Of a DNA stretch of 33,579 bases, positions 26,467 to 33,579 are shown piece by piece. Origin of the DNA: Chrysochromulina tobinii (lineage: Eukaryota); the NCBI GenBank assembly GCA_001275005.1, contig JWZX01003120.1:1-33579 (forward strand). The letters run 5' to 3'. Below the pieces are notes generated by a model. That model was not told the DNA's origin. It saw only the letters and a list, made by a program, of their open reading frames with translations, and did not search any database. The position numbers were made by a program, and so were the translations under genes. Positions within the stretch are counted from its first letter, which is position 1; every line of letters starts with the position of its first letter.

Positions 26467-27748
26467 TCATTTGGCCTTGAGGTCAGACTTGGGGGTGGAC
26501 TCGACGCGCCCTTTGATGGTCGCGTCGGCCGCGGAGGCGAGGGTGTCCGACTCGGCCTTTGCCTTCACTGGCTTCCCGCCCTTTTTGTTGAACACGTAGT
26601 TCTCGAGGAAGAGCTGCGCGGAGGAGACACTCAGAGGCGATCAGAGGCGATCGCAGGCAATCAGAAGCAAGTGCATGCAATCAGAGATCATCAAAGGAAG
26701 GCTGTGCAATCAAAGACGTTGCCTGTCGCACCTGCAAGAAGAGAAAAAAGTACGAGACGTACATGGCAAGGCCGAAGCCGCTGTTGACAAGGCTCACGTA
26801 GCAGACTCGGCCCTGTGCGTGGTAGATGACCGACGAGACGGTGACTGCGATCCCAAAGACCATCTGGGTGAGCTGGAGGGTCGTAATGAGCATCGCGAAC
26901 TTCTTGGCGAACTTGCGCCCGCGCTCGCCCGTCTGTGACGCGAGGGCCGAAGAAATCACGTGGTGAGCGCGCGTGGTGGTAAACGAGCGTCGTGCTGAGC
27001 ATCACCAGCTGGGCAGTCGTGTGCATGAGCGCCGTGCTGGGCGCACCTGCGTGAGCCCAAAGTAAAAGTACATGATAGAGTGGACACCGTAGTTCATCGA
27101 TGCGAACCAGAGGCCAGTGCCGATGCGCGCGGAGTACGCATGCCAGCAGTAGAGCAGCACCGAAAGGTGGTGGTACCAGTGCAGCAGGATCACAGGCGAC
27201 TTGCGCACAAGAAGGAAGAAGGTGTCCACTAGCTCTGCAAGCTTCGAGTAAATGAAGAGGCAGACGAAGAGGCCGCTGTAGCCGTAGCCGTACGACGTGG
27301 CGTGCGCGCAGACGGACGGGTACCAGCCACGCGAGAGCAGGCCCGCGTCCGAGCCCACCAGGAACTTGGGCCAGCACGCGATGCAACCCGCAAGCGAGAA
27401 GATCGAGAGGAAAAAGTTCCAGCAGATCACCCAGTTCTGGAGCCGGAACTTTTCGCGCTTGGCCATGTACGACTTGAGGCCGACGATCATGACGAGATAG
27501 AACGCGCCCGCGACGAGCGCCACCTCCCAGTGCTCGGACGTCCATCGCGTCCACCAGTACCCGTCGAAGATCTGGGCCTCCTCGATGTTCTGTGGTGGAA
27601 GAACGTCGCACTTGATCGGGTAGTGCGGGGTGAGACCTTGGACGAAGGCATCCTGGTTGATCGAGTCGAAGGTGTAGTACAGGCACTCGGTCGTCTGCAG
27701 GGCCTTGTTACTGTACAGCGGAAAAGGCTCGGGCGACGCCTTATCCAT
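26467..27748 (-). CDS. ELO/GNS1/SUR4-family fatty acid elongase (ELOVL3/6-like), 349 aa; join(27748..27047, 26932..26732, 26613..26467)
   Basis: KLAELVDT, LHWYHH His box, MNYGVHSIMYFYF, TTLQLTQM, MYVSYFFLF. Two phase-0 GT-AG introns (27046-26933, 26731-26614) join into one frame ending in a Lys-rich tail (...SDLKAK*). Confidence 0.93.
26631..26670. repeat. Degenerate 10-bp tandem repeat inside elongase intron 2
   Basis: tcagaggcga tcagaggcga tcgcaggcaa tcagaagcaa. Confidence 0.8.
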
Positions 27749-27985
27749 TTTTTTTGCGCTGGCCACCGACGAAGACCTGTACCACGTGTGAACGTTAACA
27801 CGCCAGACACAACTGACACCTTCACACACGCAGGTGCTCGAGGTCTGCCCCTTGGGTAAGCGCGCGTCTCGCGACCAGATTATCGAGTGACGACTCCCTG
27901 TAGTTTTCAACCACTCTGACGAGGGGCCTCGCGAAGAGGTCAAACAGCGCCTCCGCATTCTGCCGGTGCGCTTCCTCCTCGCCGC

Positions 27986-28318
27986 ATGGTCAAACGTGGT
28001 AAGGGGGTGGTCCCGCCGACCGAAGGTGGAGCTTCGGAAGAGGTGGACGACTCGCCCTCGAAGAAAGCCAAGCTGGCAAAGCTCGCTGCGGACGAGTGGC
28101 AGTGGGATAGGCCGGCGCTGGTGGAGGTTGAGAAAGGCGGCCACCAAGCCACCTGCAAAGAGTACAAGCAGTGGATCAAAAAAGCCGGCGGCACTGCGGC
28201 TGGGTACAAGCCGCTCGCAACCAGAATCGGGGATACGGAAAAACCCCTGCACAAGTTCTCCTGGCCCTACCAGAGGTTTATGGCGGCCCTCGTTGCGGTA
28301 CGCGTTGAGAACTGCTGA
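27986..28318 (+). CDS. Small hypothetical protein or gene fragment (110 aa)
   Basis: ATG start; protein-like composition with an NLS-like PSKKAK; possible donor GTACGC at ~28298; no family recognised. Confidence 0.35.
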   Translation: MVKRGKGVVPPTEGGASEEVDDSPSKKAKLAKLAADEWQWDRPALVEVEKGGHQATCKEYKQWIKKAGGTAAGYKPLATRIGDTEKPLHKFSWPYQRFMAALVAVRVENC

Positions 28319-28544
28319 CTTCACTGCTGACTGACTGCTGCCCACGTCGTGAACATGGGATTCGTCACGGTCACAATGGATTCCTACGGAAAGACTACGG
28401 AAAGCGGCAACCCCCGAGTCCATAGTGATTTCAATTTTGATTGAAAAGTTGACCTCTTTTTCGTGTTGGTCTGCGATTGCGTGAAGGACCCACCTCAACG
28501 GCACTCTCTCTGCCGCTCAGCGTCGCGGGTTGCCGTCCGCGCCA

Positions 28545-29120
28545 ATGGACTCGGTCCGCGCCAAAGTGCTGGTCATCGGCCCGAAGCGCTGCGGCAAGAC
28601 GCGCATCGCCGACTTCCTCGCCGGCCACTCCGCAGCTGCCGCGCCCAGCTTTGAGGTCTACAACCCGACCAAGGGCGCCAGGATCCTTGAGTTCGAGCAG
28701 GTGGCGGCGTCTGGGCGGAAGAACATGAAGATGTCGGTGCAGCTGTGGGACTGCTCGGGTGATCGCCAGTACGAGAACTGCTGGCCCGCCATCCTGCGCG
28801 ACGCGGTCGGCGTCGTGCTCGTGTACGATCCGACGATCAAGGAGCAGGAGAAGGACATCGAGCTGTGGTACAAGACGTACACGAGCCGTCTCGGGCTCAA
28901 GGACTCGCAGGTGCTCCTCTTCGCCCACCAGGGCGGCGCCGCCAGCTTTCGCCAGTACCAGGCACCGCGCGCCCTCGACCACTTCTCCTTCCTCAACACG
29001 ACGCTCGATTCGGAAGAGCAGACGGCGGCGATGAAGACGGTGTTTGGCAACTTTCTCGGTGCGGTGGGTGCCGCGGCGCTCGAGAAGTCGGCCGTGGATA
29101 TCGACGCCTTCGGCCGATAA
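28545..29120 (+). CDS. IFT22: Intraflagellar transport protein 22 (RABL5)
   Basis: KVLVIGPKRCGKT P-loop, YNPTKGARILEFE, VQLWDCSGD..YENCWPAI, GVVLVYDP, LLFAH (atypical G4 characteristic of IFT22). Confidence 0.93.
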   Translation: MDSVRAKVLVIGPKRCGKTRIADFLAGHSAAAAPSFEVYNPTKGARILEFEQVAASGRKNMKMSVQLWDCSGDRQYENCWPAILRDAVGVVLVYDPTIKEQEKDIELWYKTYTSRLGLKDSQVLLFAHQGGAASFRQYQAPRALDHFSFLNTTLDSEEQTAAMKTVFGNFLGAVGAAALEKSAVDIDAFGR

Positions 29121-29461
29121 AGGCGGCGGCGCGCGACGTCGAACCGAAGCAGGCACGTCTCGAGCCTCTTCATGAGCTTTCGTGTCTCCCACTGCGGCTC
29201 GCGCTATGCGCTGGCATACTTGTAGACCACGATACGAACAAATCATACACTCAGAGGAGAGTCGTTCGTTCTGTGTGCCGCCATATGTTTTTGTACAAAT
29301 CTTTCCAATGGCAACACTCAAGATCAGAGCACTGGGCGCCACGGCGGGCAGCGTGGCCGGAGTCCGACGCGCACTGCGCTGTGCACCGACCCCCCGGGCC
29401 CCCGCCTCTGGCCTTTCTGCCCGTCCGTGACGACAGTCTGAGTCGACTAGTGTTGAGGGCA

Positions 29462-29565
29462 TCAGTTACGTCAGTGCCCTATCCGGTCTCTCGACGAGAG
29501 AGGGCGTCAGTTACGTCAGTTACGTCAGTGCCCTACCGGTCTCTCGACGAGAGAGGGCACTGACG
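29462..29565. repeat. ~44-bp direct duplication spanning the stop codon of the 31007-29520 gene, with a 12-bp inverted repeat
   Basis: tcagttacgtcagtgcccta(t)ccggtctctcgacgagagagggc at 29462-29505 and 29516-29558; CGTCAGTGCCCT (29523-29534) / AGGGCACTGACG (29554-29565). Confidence 0.85.
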
Positions 29566-31007
29566 AGGGCCGCAGCCTCGTCGTCTGTCAACGTGAAGGC
29601 GAGCGCCTCGATCGCCCCCAGCCGCCCGGCGGACGAAGCACCCACGGACACGGGGGGCGCGCTTTCCTGCCCGACACGCGCCGCGCCGCCGGCCGGTGGT
29701 GGCAGCGGCACCCGAGATTCGCTCCGAGATTCGCTCCGAGATTCGCTCCGAGATTCGCCCGCGCGCGAGAGAGTGAGGTCGAAGCTGCTGCTGGTATTGA
29801 CGCGAGCGTCGGCCTCGGCCACCGCCCGGTCGGTGAGGGCGTCGTGCGCGTGCAAGATGACCTCGAGGGCGATGCGCTGCGTGTGCACAGGGTAACTCCC
29901 GAATAACGTCAGGAGGGGCTGCAGCTCCGGCTCCAGCTCCGCCACGCCGCCGCCGCCGCCTCCGCCGCCGCCGCCGCCTCCGCCGCCGCCTCCGCCGCGC
30001 TTGGACTGATGGGGCGCGGAGCCGGCGGCCGCCGCCTGCTTCTCCGCCTGCGCCCGCCAGCGCCCAAGCTCGCCCAGCAGCCCTTCATTCGCCATCTGGA
30101 GCGTCAGAGAGCGAGCACGAGCCGATGACGCATCTTGCTGGGCGGTGCGCAGCTGCTGCGCGAGCGCGGCGTTCTCCTTTTGGAGACGCTGGCACTGGGC
30201 CTCGAGCGGGTGCCGCTGGCCACCCATCGCCTCGCGCGCCGCCACGTGTAGGCTCACCTCGGCCTCGAGGGATTCCACCCGATGCGATAGCTCCCCCACG
30301 CGCGCCTGCGACGATGCGCGCGCCTGCTGTGCCTCACGTAGACTCTCGTTGAGCTCGAGCCACTGCGAGTGCCAGCGCTGGAGCTCGAACTGGAGCCGCT
30401 GCGACATCGAGAGCGTCGTCGCGCACGCCTGCGCCAGCCGGCTGCGGATGCGCCCGATCAGCGTGCACAGCGCGGGCGAGTAAAAGTGCGCGAGCCGCTC
30501 CGTCTCGGAGAGCCCAATGTCCCAGATGCGCGCCTCCTCGAGGGTGCACCAGATGTCGTAGATGCACATTTGGAGCACGCCCCACCGCGCCGCGCCGAGC
30601 GGGAAGCTCGGCTTGTTCGCGTCGAGCCGTTGGCGCCACTCTTTGAGCATCGCTCCGAGCGTCGCCGCGAGGATCGATATGTCCTTCTCGCCGTCGGGAC
30701 GCTGCGAGGGGAAGACGAGCCGGCCGGCCGCATCGTGCACGTGAAAGTTAGCCGGGATGTGTGATGGCGGCGGCGGACCCGAGGACGCCGCGGCTGAGGG
30801 CCTGGACGGAGGCTGCGGCGGCATCGGCGGCATCTTGTTGGCGTCGTTGTGCGCCGCGGCAACGTCGGAGACCGTCGGATCGGGATGGCTAGGCTGCACC
30901 GTGTTGAGTCGCCCCACGGGTCGCGGCAGCTGCATCAGCTGCCGGCGCTGCGCAGGCGGGAAGGTCGTCGCGCCGCGCATGCCGATCTGCTCAACAACGA
31001 CAGTCAT
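29520..31007 (-). CDS. Hypothetical coiled-coil protein, possibly axonemal dynein light chain-domain-like
   Basis: 495-aa ORF with long heptad-rich helices, poly-Gly and SESR repeats. IWDIGLSETERLAHFYSPALCTLIGRIR weakly resembles the p28/Ax_dynein_light core; this is a tentative call. Confidence 0.65.
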   Translation of the reverse strand: MTVVVEQIGMRGATTFPPAQRRQLMQLPRPVGRLNTVQPSHPDPTVSDVAAAHNDANKMPPMPPQPPSRPSAAASSGPPPPSHIPANFHVHDAAGRLVFPSQRPDGEKDISILAATLGAMLKEWRQRLDANKPSFPLGAARWGVLQMCIYDIWCTLEEARIWDIGLSETERLAHFYSPALCTLIGRIRSRLAQACATTLSMSQRLQFELQRWHSQWLELNESLREAQQARASSQARVGELSHRVESLEAEVSLHVAAREAMGGQRHPLEAQCQRLQKENAALAQQLRTAQQDASSARARSLTLQMANEGLLGELGRWRAQAEKQAAAAGSAPHQSKRGGGGGGGGGGGGGGGGGVAELEPELQPLLTLFGSYPVHTQRIALEVILHAHDALTDRAVAEADARVNTSSSFDLTLSRAGESRSESRSESRSESRVPLPPPAGGAARVGQESAPPVSVGASSAGRLGAIEALAFTLTDDEAAALVSALSRRETGRALT

Positions 31008-31174
31008 GGTTCGATTCGATGTGAGTCAGAACGAACACAGTGAACGAAAACGTAAAACTTGGGATTGCACCGCCGTTACGAGCGGACACAATTTTCTCGT
31101 CACCATCCAAGGTCCGTCAAAGAGACACACTAGAGACACACGAGATTGCCGAGCAGCCGACGACGTCCGATCTT

Positions 31175-32308
31175 ATGCATCCCATGATGCGCGGTGGCTT
31201 AACGCGGGTGTATGGGCGGGGTTTCTCGACGGCAATTGTGCGCACGACGTCGCACCTCCTCGCGGGACAGTGCCAGCTCATCCAGCCGCACGAGCTGCGG
31301 ACCGAGGCCGTCATCGACAGGCTCACCGGCAGGCCTGTGAAGGCGACCAACGACTCACTGGGAGTGGAGCTGCCATGCGTGGATCTGAGCCAGCAGTTCA
31401 GCGCCGACGAGATCGAAACACTCAAGCAGGCGTGCGACGACGCGGGGGGTATCGCCGTCTTCACCAACCAGCGGCTCGAGATGACCATCCACGACCTCGT
31501 GCGCTTCGGCCAGCAGATCGCCAACTCGGACGATACCGAGATCGAGCCGCACTCGACGGTCAAGGGGCATCGGGACGCACCCGAAGTCCTTGAGATTCAA
31601 CGCGAGGCCAACGCCCAGGTCGTCTTTGGCGAGAACTGGCACAGCGACAACAGCTTCCTCGCACGCACCGCCTCGTACTCGATCTTGCGCGGCGTGGTGG
31701 TGCCTCGGCTGGGTGTGAACGACACGCTGTTCTCGTCGACGCAGGACGCGTACGATGCGCTCTCGCCGACGATGCAGGGCATGCTGCTCGAGCTAAATGC
31801 CTTCCACTCGGCCAACCGCGCGTATGGCGCAGGCCACTCGGGCAACTCCCGCGCGGCCATGGAGGGCACAGGGATGGTGATGCGCACCGACACGAATGTG
31901 CTCAAGGAGGATGTGCTGCAGCCGGTGGTGGTGGTGCACCCGCGCACGGGCCGGCGCGGCCTGTACGTGAGCCCCACCTTCACGACACGCATCGACGGGA
32001 TGCATGCGGACGAGAGCGTTTCGCTCCTCCGCTTTCTGTATGAGTGGATCGCGCGCCCCGAGTTCTGCACGCGCGTGTCGTGGAGGCCGAACCAAGTGGT
32101 CATGTGGGACAACCGCGCGCTCGCGCACAAGGGGCTCGCGGATGACGTGAGCCAGCCGCGCGTCGTGCAGCGCGTGAGCATCCGAGGGACTGCCCCCGTC
32201 AACTATCGCGGCCAGTCCTTCTCAGAGAAGGTGAAGGTCCAAGCGGCTCCACCTAGCCTCTTCGACTGGGCAGAGGGGAAGCTGAGCCAGCAGCAGCAGC
32301 AGCAGTAG
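31175..32308 (+). CDS. TauD/TfdA family Fe(II)/2-oxoglutarate dioxygenase
   Basis: WHSDNSF (HxD), DTLFSSTQDAYDALS, QPVVVVHPRTGRRGLYV, WRPNQVVMWDNRALAH..., R-V-S; Arg/Thr-rich presequence-like N-terminus; poly-Q tail. Confidence 0.92.
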   Translation: MHPMMRGGLTRVYGRGFSTAIVRTTSHLLAGQCQLIQPHELRTEAVIDRLTGRPVKATNDSLGVELPCVDLSQQFSADEIETLKQACDDAGGIAVFTNQRLEMTIHDLVRFGQQIANSDDTEIEPHSTVKGHRDAPEVLEIQREANAQVVFGENWHSDNSFLARTASYSILRGVVVPRLGVNDTLFSSTQDAYDALSPTMQGMLLELNAFHSANRAYGAGHSGNSRAAMEGTGMVMRTDTNVLKEDVLQPVVVVHPRTGRRGLYVSPTFTTRIDGMHADESVSLLRFLYEWIARPEFCTRVSWRPNQVVMWDNRALAHKGLADDVSQPRVVQRVSIRGTAPVNYRGQSFSEKVKVQAAPPSLFDWAEGKLSQQQQQQ

Positions 32309-32369
32309 ACGCAGTGGCGGTAATGAATGTCTTAGTGTGAAGCCAGCAGCAGCAGCAGCAGTAGACGCA
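32285..32369 (+). repeat. 29-bp direct repeat containing (CAG)6 and the TauD stop codon
   Basis: agccagcagcagcagcagcagtagacgca at 32285-32313 and 32341-32369. Confidence 0.9.
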
Positions 32370-33316
32370 TTGGCTGGGGAGGCGGAGGCACTGGCGGTGG
32401 TGGAGGCGGCGCTGAAGAGGCGACATGCTCACAAGCTAAAAGCCTTGGCGCTGGATTGTTTCTTATCTATTTTAGATAGTGTGCTTGCGGTATAGCAGCT
32501 ACGTCGGGCGGCGGGCGGCGCTATGTACTCGGCGACCTAATATGGTCGTGTTGATTCGATTGTCACGAGGAACACGACGCCAGCTTCGCCGGAAACCACT
32601 AAGACTAACGCCAGGCGGTGCACTGCGAGCCGGGAGCTGCAGCCGTGCAGCGGCGAGGGAGGTATTGTTTAACTGCATCGTGTGTTTCGAGCCCCGCCTC
32701 GCCGACCCCGGCCGAACCGTAATCCAGGCCACCCGAAATTGGCGCATACAAAAACCCGCTCCTACGATATCGGCGAATCCCGCGGTACCGGTCGGGTCCA
32801 TTCCCCGTTCCGGACGCCGCGTCGCCGATGCCGATTGCCGTGCAAACTGCAATATTTGACGTTTATTGACGTAAGCAATAACAATTGAACGCTCGGCCCC
32901 CGCGCCCCGGCCGCACAAAACGTCCAATTACGTTAATATATGTCTTACGGTGATATGTGTACACGTATCGTCCGGTATCCGGACCCGCCGCGCGCGCGGC
33001 AGACCCTCTTCTCGGACGGCACACCGCACCGTCTATCTGCACACTGCAGTGGGTCCGCTGTCCCGACATCATCATGCACACACGTGCTACAATGATGTAC
33101 CTAACCAAAAAGCGAGAGCACAGTCCAGAGAGTCGCAATCGAATCAAACTCATCTACGTAATATGCATCTTTGCCACTGGCGGGGTGGCGGAACCGTTCG
33201 CAGCGCGCCATAGCGCTGCTGGTCTGTCACCTGGCGCCAGTCACTGCGCAGACGCCGCACCGCCAAAGGCCACGCGCCTCCCTTCTTGTGTGGCGGCCGG
33301 TTCGGCTCGAGCCGGA

Positions 33317-33579
33317 TCACAACATACCATACCAGTCGTCACTAGTCACGGTCGCGGGGCCGACGATGGCGTTCTTCAAGGTGCCGCTGGTGAAGCTGCT
33401 GTTGCCGCTGTTGAAGCTGTTGTTCTTGGAGTCGAATGTGCGCGGCGGCGACGACGGGCCGAGCATCTCGTCGGGCGAAATGACGTCACCTCGGCGCAGC
33501 AGGAAATGCGTCTCCATGATACCCTTGCCCTTGACTGTGATGGCGCCGCGCGGCTGCAGGTAGAAGGGCAGGGGGGGCG
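33317..33579 (-). CDS. 3' end of a class III adenylate/guanylate cyclase (5' part beyond the window)
   Basis: The frame reads FYLQPRGAITVKGKGIMETHFL, the RGxIxVKGKGxMxTY/F motif that closes the cyclase catalytic domain. Confidence 0.82.
   Translation of the reverse strand, partial: PPLPFYLQPRGAITVKGKGIMETHFLLRRGDVISPDEMLGPSSPPRTFDSKNNSFNSGNSSFTSGTLKNAIVGPATVTSDDWYGML

Noticed and set aside
27749..28504. N-terminal ~250-aa extension of the elongase in the ORF track
   Set aside because: Non-ATG start, no elongase similarity and overlap with another ORF; ATG 27748 follows an A-rich context and gives a normal-length elongase
32470..33300. Lower-GC intergenic stretch with several short palindromes
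   Set aside because: No terminal repeats, tRNA/snRNA fold or coding signal that I can support

Overview
GC-rich, gene-dense eukaryotic nuclear DNA, most likely from a flagellated alga with a secondary plastid. A haptophyte is my inference from the compact head-to-head genes, repeat-filled short introns, signal-peptide-led plastid-type proteins and IFT22. Host genes: a PH-domain/coiled-coil protein cut by the left edge, a PDZ-like + 2Fe-2S ferredoxin, a CCCH-finger methyltransferase, a small plastid-type membrane protein, an FAD-dependent desaturase/amine-oxidase-family enzyme, a giant (~3,136 aa) armadillo-repeat gene with one intron and a 1-nt frameshift, exosome subunit CSL4, a 3-exon ELO fatty-acid elongase, IFT22/RABL5, a coiled-coil protein, a TauD dioxygenase and the 3' end of a class III nucleotide cyclase. 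The most unusual element is a ~7.4 kb Ty1/copia-type LTR retrotransposon (18704-26071). Its gag-pol ORF is intact, but the LTRs end in CG...CG instead of TG...CA, there is no target-site duplication, and the LTRs are only ~78% identical while keeping a conserved array of hairpins. The PPT/LTR-start motif is duplicated, the integrase lacks the HHCC finger, and the polyprotein carries apparent host-like modules (F-box-like, IQ-like, Tudor-like).
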